Of a DNA stretch of 64,000 nucleotides, positions 52,792 to 60,814 are shown in pieces. This stretch comes from Lachnospiraceae bacterium (GTDB lineage Bacteria; Bacillota; Clostridia; Lachnospirales; Lachnospiraceae). The stretch lies in assembly GCA_022781985.1 (NCBI GenBank), contig JALESH010000030.1, positions 3,474 to 67,473 of the forward strand, read 5' to 3'. Within the stretch, counting starts at the first letter, position 1. Each line of letters starts with the position of its first letter. Both the position numbers and the translations under genes were made by a program. Below the pieces are notes generated by a model that did not search any database, was not told the origin of the DNA, and was given only the letters and a program-made list of their open reading frames with translations.

Positions 52792-53547
52792 ATGATAGAT
52801 CCGGTCAGCCACAGAGGCTATTATGAGTATGGAAAAGTCAATGCCCAAATGGGGATGGCTACTGAAAACGGAGAGAAATTTGCCCTGGGCCAGGAGGGCA
52901 TGGAGAAGGACCACAGTCAGAAAAAAGGAAAAAAGAAGGTGGGGGAGGCCGATGGAGTGGTGGTGGAGCTCTCCGGCCAATCCGGCGGGAAGCAGGGGAG
53001 GGGAGCAGATACCGGAGCAGAGCCGGGGGCCGCTGGTTTGGGAACGGATTTCACCCGGATCGGCTCCGGCCTGGGGGCGCTGGGCTCCGGCCTCCGGCTA
53101 TGGGGCGCAAGCCTGGCAAGGCTGGTCACCAATTTCTTTTCCGGCCTGAGAAAGGCAGTTTCCGATTTCTGGAACTCAGACAGCCCTGCCGCCCCGGCCG
53201 GGGCGGAGGAGATCGTAGAGGCAGAGATCGTGTCCGCCGAGGACAGGATGGGGGAGGAGGGAGCAGCGGATGAGGACGGCGTGGTAGCTGATGTGACAGA
53301 GGAGACCGTCATCTCCGATGAGGCTCCGCTCCTGCTGCTGCCCGCCTTGCCGGTTTCCAAAGGGACTGAGGGGGATCCCCCGGAGCAGATGCCGGAGTCT
53401 CCCGGCGATACAGGCCAGGTCAGGTATGTAAAAGACTCGGATCTTCTCACCCACTATGACAGGAGAGGCAAGCTGGTACGGCTGAACGGCGCAGACAGGG
53501 ATCGGATCCTCCATGGGGAAAGGAGCGCCAGAAGATACAGGCGGTGA
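52792..53547 (+). CDS. hypothetical protein, Gly/Ala/Glu-rich and probably largely disordered
   Basis: Good RBS (GAAAGGAGGG). The ATG lies 1 nt after the upstream stop. The composition is low-complexity and no family is recognised. Coding status rests on position and RBS only. Confidence 0.4.
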   Translation: MIDPVSHRGYYEYGKVNAQMGMATENGEKFALGQEGMEKDHSQKKGKKKVGEADGVVVELSGQSGGKQGRGADTGAEPGAAGLGTDFTRIGSGLGALGSGLRLWGASLARLVTNFFSGLRKAVSDFWNSDSPAAPAGAEEIVEAEIVSAEDRMGEEGAADEDGVVADVTEETVISDEAPLLLLPALPVSKGTEGDPPEQMPESPGDTGQVRYVKDSDLLTHYDRRGKLVRLNGADRDRILHGERSARRYRR

Positions 53548-53562
53548 GGGGCTTCTGCCTGA

Positions 53563-53637
53563 TTTTGGAAGTCTGTTTTGAAAGTCAAAAAAAGTTGAAA
53601 ATGGTTGTTTTTTATGATATCATTGTTGAAAATGGTT
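53563..53637 (+). repeat. two pairs of short direct repeats sharing a TTG[GA]AA core, in a promoter region
   Basis: TTTTGGAAGTC (53563..53573) and TTTTGAAAGTC (53576..53586) differ at one position. GTTGAAAATGGTT at 53594..53606 recurs exactly at 53625..53637, 31 bp apart. Confidence 0.85.
53595..53623 (+). promoter_or_regulatory. sigma-A-type promoter (TTGAAA-17-TGaTATCAT)
   Basis: -35 at 53595..53600 (inside the first 13-bp repeat), a 17-nt spacer, TG at 53615..53616 and -10 at 53618..53623. It lies 46 nt upstream of the STAS gene. Confidence 0.5.
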
Positions 53638-53668
53638 TTGTCAGCCTAAAAAGGAGGAAGCAATAGAT

Positions 53669-53965
53669 ATGACTATTGATAAGATTTTAAAAGGAAAGGA
53701 ACTCATACTGAATCTGGCAGGGCGACTGGATGCCACCACCGCTCCTGCGCTGGAAAGTGAGCTGAAGGCCTACATAGATGAGCTGGAGATGCTGACCATT
53801 GATTTCAAGGGTCTGGAGTATGTTTCATCTGCAGGACTGCGTGTGCTGCTCTTTGCCCAGAAGGTGATGAATAAGCAGGGCAAGATGGTGATCCGCAATG
53901 TAAATGAAACCATAAACGAGATTTTTGAGGTGACAGGCTTTATCGACATACTCACCATCGAATAA
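53669..53965 (+). CDS. STAS-domain anti-sigma-factor antagonist (SpoIIAA/RsbV-like)
   Basis: 98 aa. L.L.GRLD..TAP.LE.EL and DFKGLEYVSSAGLRVLL carry the conserved Ser pair (53825..53830). Strong AAGGAGGAAG RBS. Confidence 0.88.
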   Translation: MTIDKILKGKELILNLAGRLDATTAPALESELKAYIDELEMLTIDFKGLEYVSSAGLRVLLFAQKVMNKQGKMVIRNVNETINEIFEVTGFIDILTIE

Positions 53966-54014
53966 GGGATGAGTATTTTGCCAGACATACTAAGCTAATG
54001 GAGGAAGTCCCCAG

Positions 54015-57000
54015 ATGGACACAAGGAAAACGAATAGTATGAGGAAATTGAGTCAGTCCCAGACTGCTGTGATACAAAGTGAGCTGGCTTTTGCCGGCAA
54101 AGCGCAGAATGTGATCTCTGTCAGGCTGCGTCTCTGGGGGCTGGAGGCATCTGCGATAAAGGCTGCGGCAGAGCAGGTTTTTGCATCGGCGGACATTTTT
54201 ACGGCAGAGCTGATCCGGGAAAGGGAGGCCTTTTATTTCCATGTGGGCAGCAGGCAGGCAGCGGAGTGCAGTGTCCTGCCGGCCATGGAAGAGGAAGAGG
54301 CAAAAGCTTATATGGAGGAGGGGGACTGCCGGCCCCTGGGCTTTCCGGAGGAGCTCTGCAGGGCAGTGGTCATCCCCATAGAGGAAGGGGGCGCGGCGCT
54401 TTATGTCCGTTTCCATCATGTCATCATGGATGGATACGGGATGAGCCTGTTTGCCCAGAGGGTATTGGATGTCCTGTCAGGGAAAGAGGCAGAAAGATCG
54501 GTATTTTTTAAGGAAGAGAGCGGGGAGGCCCATGCAGACAGGGAGAGTGCTGAGGGCAAGGGCATCCGCACAGAGGACAGGGACTTTTGGGCAGGCTTTT
54601 TCCAGGATGCGGAATTCGAGCCTGCTATTTTTGCAGAGGTTCCCAGGAGTCTGAACCGGAGGGTCTTTGAGTACAGCCTGGACCGGACTGTCATGGCAGG
54701 CCTGGAGAGGACGGCGGCAGCCTGCGGGGTCAGCATACCCTATGTGCTGGCGGGAGCCTATGCTGTTTACCTGGCGGAGGCTACAGATAAGAAGGATGCA
54801 GTCTTCCTGATGCCCAGGCTGAACCGTCTGCCGGAGGAGAGGGACACCCTGGGCTGCTTTACCCTGCTGGTGCCTGTCCGTGTACATATTGAACAGGGAG
54901 ACAGCTTTGCCCGGATCTGCCGCAGGGTGCAGGAGGCTGCCCAGGAGGCATCGGCCCGGAAGCAGACGGGCTTCGGAGAGATCCTGAATATTCTTCGGGA
55001 TGAGAATGTGGCGGCGGATTCCCTGTCAGAGTATGTTTTTAATTTTTACCGTTTTCAAATCCATACGGATCTGACCTATCAATTAGATATTAGTGTGGCC
55101 GGAGCCATGCACAATCATCTCACATGGAGTATTTTCAGAAAGGAAGATAGCCTTTCCTTCCGGCTGGATATGAGGGACGGTGTCTATGATGAGGAAAGGG
55201 CGGGATTTTTTATAGACGGCATCCTGCAGATTCTGGAGAGGGCAGACCGGGAGACGGAGGTAGGCAGCCTGTCTGTGACAGGAAAAAAGGAAGAGGAAAA
55301 GCTCCTGGCTGTGAGAGGCAGGGAGATTGAAATAGACAGAACAGAGACCATTCCCTCCCTGTTCAGGAAGGCGGCAGCCCAATATAAGGATCGCCCGGCA
55401 CTGTATGCGGGAAAGGACAGCCTCACCTTCGGGGAGCTGGACAGGGTGTCAGACAGGATCGCTGCTGCCCTGATGGCAGAGGGCGTGGAGAGCGGCAGCA
55501 GGGTGGCTTTCATGCTGCCTAGGGACATCCGGCTGATCCCCACCATGCTGGGGATATTGAAGACGGGAGCTATCTTTATCCCGGTGGATCCGGGCTATCC
55601 CAGGGACAGGGTGCGTTATATCCTGGAGGACAGCGACGCGGCTGTTCTGATCTCATCAGGGAGCGTGGAGGAGGCTTCCGGGCATAGGTATCTGGAGGTG
55701 GATGACCTGCTGGGATTTCCCGGGACAGACAGCAGCTTCCCCCGGATCCTTCAGGACCAGCCTGCCTATATGATCTATACCTCGGGCACCACAGGACGGC
55801 CCAAAGGGGTGATCCTGTCCCATCGGGGCATCATCAACATCGTCCATCCTGAAAACAATCCCTTCAACAGAGATATCGTCAGGAACTGCAGGGGAATTAC
55901 AGCCATCGGCTCCATCTGCTTCGATATTTCTCTTTTTGAGATATTTGTGCCCCTGCTGAACGGGCTGTTTGTGGAGCTGGGCAATGAAAAATCCATGCTG
56001 GATGCAGGAGAGCTGGCAAAGCATATCCTGGCCCATAAGGCTGATATTCTGCACTGCACTCCCTCCAGGATCGTGTCCTATCTGGGGAACAGCGACTTTG
56101 TGGGTGCGCTGCAGACGGTAAAGGCTGTGCTTTCTGCAGGGGAGGTGCTTCCCCGGAGCCTGGTGGATGAGCTGAAGAATGACTACGGCATCCGTATTTA
56201 TAACGGATACGGACCTACAGAGACCACCATAGGAGCCACCATTACAGAGGACGGAGATGAGAAAACCATCGGCAGGCCCATCGCCAATATGGGGGTTCTC
56301 CTGCTGAACCGGAACAGAAAGATAGTGCCCTATGGGGCGGCCGGGGAAATCTGCATCTATGGACTGGGGGTTGGCCTGGGCTACCGGAACCGCCCGGAGG
56401 AAACCGCAGAGAAGTTTACAGAGTACCAGGGCCGGCTTATTTACCGTACCGGTGATATCGGCCACTTTGCAGAGGACGGCAGCCTGATCTACCATGGCAG
56501 AAACGACAGGCAGATCAAGCTGCGGGGGCTGAGGATCGAGCTCTCGGAGATCGAGAAGGTGATCGGCTCCTTTAAGGGGATTTCCCAGGTGCACTGTATG
56601 ATCCGTACCATCGACAGGATGGAGCATCTGGCCGCGTTCTATACGGCGGAGACTGGGAAAAAGATAGAGCAGGAGAAGCTGCTGGAGCACATGAGAAGGC
56701 AGCTTACCTCCTATATGGTGCCGGATATCTTGAAGGAGCTGGAATCCATGCCCCAGACGCCCGGCGGCAAGACCGACCTGAAGGCCTTGAAGCAGATACC
56801 CATAGAGTACAGCCGCCAGTACAGGGCGCCGAAGAACAGGCTGGAAAAGCAGATCTGCCTGGCATTTTCCTCTGTGCTGGATAAGGAAAAGGTGGGGGCA
56901 GACGATAATTTCTTTGAAATGGGAGGGGATTCCCTGTCCGTCCCTGCGCTGCTCATGGAGATAGAGGACAGATTGGAGACAGAGGGACAGGAGCTGCTGG

Positions 57001-58253
57001 AGTTCGGTGATATTTTCAAGTATCCCACCCCTGCCCTGATCGCGGAGAAGATCGCCGGAAAGGTGAGGGAGGAGCCCCAGTACAGGATCGATGGGCTGGA
57101 TTACAGCGGTATCGATGAGTACCTCTCCGTGCCGGAGGGCAGGGAGGCAGTGAAAAGGAACCTGGGCAATATCCTGCTCACAGGCGTGACGGGCTATCTG
57201 GGCATCCATATCCTCATCGACCTGCTGGGCAGGCCGGAAAGCTTTGGGAAGGTGTTCTGTCTGGCCAGGGGCAACGCCAAGCTGTCCGCATCAAGACGGG
57301 TCAGAGGCACCCTGTTCTATTATGCAGAGGAGGATTTTACGGAGAGCTACGGCAGTAAGTGGGAGGTGGTGGAAGGGGATATCACAGATCCCAGGATCTT
57401 CAGGGAGGAATTTAATGAAAAGATCGACACCATCATCAATTCCGCAGCCAATGTGGCCCATTTTGCATACGGAGACGCCCTGGAGCAGGTAAATACCAGA
57501 GGGGTGGAAAATCTGATCGAATATGCGGTAGCCCAGGGGGCTGAGCTGTGCCAGGTGTCCACCATCAGCGTGGGCGGTGTATACCGGGCGGGAGAGGAGC
57601 ATGGGAGCCTGACGGAACAGAATCTGTACATCGGCCAGGAGATCCACAATCAGTATATTTATTCCAAGTATCTGGCGGAATATGCCATGCTTCGGGCAGG
57701 TGTGGACCGGGGGCTTTCCATCAAGCTCATGCGGGTGGGGAACCTGCAGGGCAGAAGCCGGGACGGGGAGTTCCAGATGAATATGAAGACCAATGCCTTT
57801 ACCCGCAGGCTGGCAGCCTATATCAGGATGGGAGCTATCCCCAGGTCGGTTTATGATTCCAGCGTGAATTTTTCTCCGGTGGATGAAACGGCGCATATGA
57901 TCGTATCCCTTGCCATGCTGGAGGGGGTACATACGGCTTTTCATGTGTACCCGCCGGAGGAGGCTGCGTTTAACAATCTGGTGGCAGCCCTTGAAAAGAT
58001 CGGACACAGGATCAGGCTGGTTTCGGATGAGGAGTTCGGCGCCATGCTGAGAGCTATGAAAAAATCCCGGGAAGGGGCCGATTCTGTGGAGGGGCTGCTG
58101 ACAGATATCAATCCCGGAGAGTACTGGGATATCCCCATTCTCCAGAGCTGGACCAACCATATGCTGGAGCTGCTGGGTGAGTGCTGGCAGCCCCTCACGG
58201 AAGAGTATCTGAACCGCTATCTGCTGGCCCTGGATGGGATGGATATGTTTTAA
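54015..58253 (+). CDS. single-module nonribosomal peptide synthetase, domain order C-A-T-R (terminal thioester reductase)
   Basis: C domain: HHVIMDG at 54414..54434. A domain: YTSGTTGRPKG at 55776..55808, plus NGYGPTETT, GEICIYG.GVGLGY, YRTGD and PGGKTD. T domain: FFEMGGDSLS with GGDSLS at 56922..56939. R domain: TGVTGYLG at 57180..57203 and Y-I-Y-S-K. Confidence 0.9.
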   Translation: MDTRKTNSMRKLSQSQTAVIQSELAFAGKAQNVISVRLRLWGLEASAIKAAAEQVFASADIFTAELIREREAFYFHVGSRQAAECSVLPAMEEEEAKAYMEEGDCRPLGFPEELCRAVVIPIEEGGAALYVRFHHVIMDGYGMSLFAQRVLDVLSGKEAERSVFFKEESGEAHADRESAEGKGIRTEDRDFWAGFFQDAEFEPAIFAEVPRSLNRRVFEYSLDRTVMAGLERTAAACGVSIPYVLAGAYAVYLAEATDKKDAVFLMPRLNRLPEERDTLGCFTLLVPVRVHIEQGDSFARICRRVQEAAQEASARKQTGFGEILNILRDENVAADSLSEYVFNFYRFQIHTDLTYQLDISVAGAMHNHLTWSIFRKEDSLSFRLDMRDGVYDEERAGFFIDGILQILERADRETEVGSLSVTGKKEEEKLLAVRGREIEIDRTETIPSLFRKAAAQYKDRPALYAGKDSLTFGELDRVSDRIAAALMAEGVESGSRVAFMLPRDIRLIPTMLGILKTGAIFIPVDPGYPRDRVRYILEDSDAAVLISSGSVEEASGHRYLEVDDLLGFPGTDSSFPRILQDQPAYMIYTSGTTGRPKGVILSHRGIINIVHPENNPFNRDIVRNCRGITAIGSICFDISLFEIFVPLLNGLFVELGNEKSMLDAGELAKHILAHKADILHCTPSRIVSYLGNSDFVGALQTVKAVLSAGEVLPRSLVDELKNDYGIRIYNGYGPTETTIGATITEDGDEKTIGRPIANMGVLLLNRNRKIVPYGAAGEICIYGLGVGLGYRNRPEETAEKFTEYQGRLIYRTGDIGHFAEDGSLIYHGRNDRQIKLRGLRIELSEIEKVIGSFKGISQVHCMIRTIDRMEHLAAFYTAETGKKIEQEKLLEHMRRQLTSYMVPDILKELESMPQTPGGKTDLKALKQIPIEYSRQYRAPKNRLEKQICLAFSSVLDKEKVGADDNFFEMGGDSLSVPALLMEIEDRLETEGQELLEFGDIFKYPTPALIAEKIAGKVREEPQYRIDGLDYSGIDEYLSVPEGREAVKRNLGNILLTGVTGYLGIHILIDLLGRPESFGKVFCLARGNAKLSASRRVRGTLFYYAEEDFTESYGSKWEVVEGDITDPRIFREEFNEKIDTIINSAANVAHFAYGDALEQVNTRGVENLIEYAVAQGAELCQVSTISVGGVYRAGEEHGSLTEQNLYIGQEIHNQYIYSKYLAEYAMLRAGVDRGLSIKLMRVGNLQGRSRDGEFQMNMKTNAFTRRLAAYIRMGAIPRSVYDSSVNFSPVDETAHMIVSLAMLEGVHTAFHVYPPEEAAFNNLVAALEKIGHRIRLVSDEEFGAMLRAMKKSREGADSVEGLLTDINPGEYWDIPILQSWTNHMLELLGECWQPLTEEYLNRYLLALDGMDMF

Positions 58254-58282
58254 AATACATAAGAAAGGATTAAATAAATTAT

Positions 58283-59722
58283 ATGATTATAGTTGCATTA
58301 TGGGGCTTTGCAGTTTTTCTGGCATCAGTCTTTGCAGTTCTGCTCAGCGCCGCCACCTTGGAGTCAAAGCATAAGCTGAGAACCAGGGTGATGGTCTGGC
58401 TGGCGGCAGGTCTGGTGGGCTACGGCATTTCCTTCATTTCTTACATGGTCAATCTTTATAATGACACAGTAGGGATACTCGGATTGTCTGTTGTTGTATG
58501 TATCATTGTGGATTGGCTGTATGAGGGAACTCGCTCCGCTAAGCTTTTCGTGGCTCTTGTTTCCTGTTTGATTGCCAACGTGACCACCTTTATGTTTTGC
58601 GGAACCACAGATACTCTGCTGGCGGGCAGGCTGGGGCTGATGAAGGAAAGTCCCTATGAGGTATCCAACATCCTGTTTTTCATTGGCATAAAGATCGTAG
58701 TATATACGTTCTTTTATATATTATATATTAAATTTTTACGAGGAAAAATCTGTGAAATGATCCAGTCACTGTCCGGGAAGATGTCCCATTATGTGGCGGC
58801 TCCCCTGATTTCCGTAATAGGCTTTTATATTATTAACCTGTTCACTAATCAGAATGGGATTTTTCCCAATCATTACTGGTTCTTTCCGCTCTACCTGACC
58901 ATATGTGTAATCTTCGTGGTAGAATTTGTACTGCTTATCAATTCTGTTATGCAGACGGCTACAGCCATGAAGAATGAGGCAGAGCTGAATGTGGCCACCA
59001 ATATTCAGCAGTCTATGCTGCCCTGTATCTTTCCTGCATTTCCGGAAAGGAAGGAATTTGACATTTATGCCTCCATGGCTCCTGCCAAGGAGGTGGGCGG
59101 TGACTTCTATGATTTCTTTATGGTGGATGAAAGGCATCTGGCCATCGTAATGGCTGATGTGTCGGGAAAGGGCGTCCCCGCCGCCTTGTTTATGGTCATC
59201 GGCAAGACACTGCTCAAGGATCATACACAGCCCGGAAGGGATCTGGGAGAGGTATTTGGCGAGGTCAACAATCTGCTGTGCGAAGCCAACAGCGAAGGGC
59301 TTTTTATTACCGTATTTGAGGGTGTGCTGGATCTGGTGACAGGGGAGTTTGTCTTTGTCAATGCGGGCCATGAGCCGCCGTACATCTGCAAGAAGGGCGG
59401 AGAGTTCGAACTGCATCAGATCCGCGCAGGCTTTGTATTGGCCGGCATGGAGGATACTCGCTACCGCGCAGGCTGCATTACCTTGGAGGAAGGGGATAAG
59501 CTGTTCCAGTATACCGACGGTGTGACGGAGGCTACCAGTGCCCAGAATGAGCTGTACGGCAAAGACAGGCTGCAGAAGGTGCTGGCTGCCAACAGCAGCA
59601 AGGCGCCTGCAGAGATACTGCCGGCTGTAAAGGCCGATATTGACCTGTTTGTGGGCTCAGCCCCTCAGTTTGATGACATCACAATGCTTTGTCTGGAGTA
59701 TAAGGTCAGGATGCAGACGTAA
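58283..59722 (+). CDS. SpoIIE/PP2C-family serine phosphatase with polytopic N-terminal membrane (sensor) domain (RsbU/SpoIIE-like)
   Basis: The N-terminal roughly 230 aa form about 7 hydrophobic helices. They are followed by A.NIQQSMLP, EVGGDFYDFF, MADVSGKGVPAALFM, YTDGVTEA and QFDDIT PPM motifs. Confidence 0.88.
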   Translation: MIIVALWGFAVFLASVFAVLLSAATLESKHKLRTRVMVWLAAGLVGYGISFISYMVNLYNDTVGILGLSVVVCIIVDWLYEGTRSAKLFVALVSCLIANVTTFMFCGTTDTLLAGRLGLMKESPYEVSNILFFIGIKIVVYTFFYILYIKFLRGKICEMIQSLSGKMSHYVAAPLISVIGFYIINLFTNQNGIFPNHYWFFPLYLTICVIFVVEFVLLINSVMQTATAMKNEAELNVATNIQQSMLPCIFPAFPERKEFDIYASMAPAKEVGGDFYDFFMVDERHLAIVMADVSGKGVPAALFMVIGKTLLKDHTQPGRDLGEVFGEVNNLLCEANSEGLFITVFEGVLDLVTGEFVFVNAGHEPPYICKKGGEFELHQIRAGFVLAGMEDTRYRAGCITLEEGDKLFQYTDGVTEATSAQNELYGKDRLQKVLAANSSKAPAEILPAVKADIDLFVGSAPQFDDITMLCLEYKVRMQT

Positions 59723-59737
59723 TAAGGAGGATGGAAG

Positions 59738-60145
59738 ATGAATGAATTGACGATTGATGCAACCGTTAACAATATTGAAGCTGTAACATCCTTTGTAGAA
59801 GAGAAGCTGGCGCCGTTCCATCTTCCGGTAAAGAGCCAGAGGCAGATCAATGTGGCTATAGACGAGCTGTTCGGGAATATCGCGTTATATGCCTACAATC
59901 CTGATAAAGGTATGGCAGTGGTCCGGGTGGAGTTCGGTGACGATCCACCGTCGGTGACCATTACCTTTATCGACAGGGGGACGCCCTATGATCCGCTGGC
60001 AAGGCCGGATCCTGATGTGACGCTTTCTGCAGAGCAGAGGAAGATCGGAGGGCTGGGCATCTACATGGTGAAAAAAAGCATGGATGATGTCTCATACGAA
60101 TACCGGGATGGGCAGAACATCCTGCGCATCACAAAAAACATATAG
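59738..60145 (+). CDS. anti-sigma-factor-type serine kinase (SpoIIAB/RsbW-like HATPase_c)
   Basis: 135 aa. N-box-like DELFGNIA.YAY, D.G.PYDP, and a G-box GGLGIYMVKKSMD. It starts 15 nt after the phosphatase gene. Confidence 0.85.
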   Translation: MNELTIDATVNNIEAVTSFVEEKLAPFHLPVKSQRQINVAIDELFGNIALYAYNPDKGMAVVRVEFGDDPPSVTITFIDRGTPYDPLARPDPDVTLSAEQRKIGGLGIYMVKKSMDDVSYEYRDGQNILRITKNI

Positions 60146-60160
60146 ACCAAATCAGGAAAA

Positions 60161-60204
60161 TAAGGCTGGAATAGCTGGCGAACAGAGCTACTCCGGCCTT
60201 TTGT
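60161..60204 (+). terminator. rho-independent terminator
   Basis: A 15-bp stem pairs AAGGCTGGAATAGCT (60161..60175) with AGCTACTCCGGCCTT (60185..60199), with one mismatch and one G-U pair. It is followed by TTTTG. Confidence 0.6.
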
Positions 60205-60241
60205 AGAACAAAAGAATGGATGGGTGCAGGGGAAAATATCT

Positions 60242-60814
60242 ATGCAGATGATAATCCGGAAGGGGTTAATAGAGCTTATATATAAGGATTTGCAAGAAAA
60301 GAAGATTATTTACCTGAGCGCTCCCTGCGGCTGGGGAAAGACTGTGCTTTTGCAGCAGATTGCAGATTTTCTCAGGAGCAGGAGAGAGGAGTGTGTGTTC
60401 CTGCATACACAGGAGGAAGTGGGGCAGGGCCTGGTTTCGGCTACCCATCCAAAGGGTGAGACAGAGAAGGAGGCCCAAATCTTTCTGGTAGATAATCTGG
60501 AAGAGTGGCTGATGTCAGGCAGGATGGAAGCGCTGATGAACCATATTCATATCGGGAGAAAGGAAAATAAGTTTATATTGGGAGGCAGGATCCCGCTGCC
60601 GGTCCAGCTGGTTCCCTATAAGATCTGTTCCCAGATCTCAATCTACGGCAGGGATAAATTGAAATATTCCCGGGAGGAGTTGGATCAGATGTGCGATGGA
60701 CTGAGCCGGGGGAACAGCAGGGAGCAGCTCCGGAGCATGTACGAGGTATGCGGGGGAATGCCCCTGCTGCTGGCTGTAGCCGGGGATCTGCTGGAGGAAG
60801 AAGGCTATGCTTGA
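60242..60814 (+). CDS. P-loop NTPase module of a LAL/MalT-type regulator (separate ORF)
   Basis: Walker A APCGWGKT (60320..60343) and Walker-B-like IFLVDNLEEW. The ORF ends in TGA overlapping the ATG of the next ORF (ATGCTTGA). ATG at 60242 follows AGGGGA; the track starts at GTG 60224. Confidence 0.6.
   Translation: MQMIIRKGLIELIYKDLQEKKIIYLSAPCGWGKTVLLQQIADFLRSRREECVFLHTQEEVGQGLVSATHPKGETEKEAQIFLVDNLEEWLMSGRMEALMNHIHIGRKENKFILGGRIPLPVQLVPYKICSQISIYGRDKLKYSREELDQMCDGLSRGNSREQLRSMYEVCGGMPLLLAVAGDLLEEEGYA

Noticed and set aside
55656-57209. 517-aa minus-strand ORF inside the NRPS gene
   Set aside because: The plus strand carries ordered NRPS core motifs across this span. The minus-strand translation is Leu/Gln/Pro/His-rich with no domain signature.
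53548-60223. Sigma factor gene expected next to the STAS/kinase/phosphatase genes
   Set aside because: I looked on both strands and found no ORF with sigma-70 region 2/4 features in or beside the operon. The absence is reported as an observation rather than by assigning any ORF as a sigma factor.
60807-60814. Frameshift pseudogene interpretation of the split LuxR/MalT-type regulator
   Set aside because: This is not adopted as the primary call. The junction is a clean ATG/TGA overlap (ATGCTTGA), typical of translational coupling, and both ORFs are intact. It cannot be excluded without homologue alignment, so it stays as an open question in the findings.
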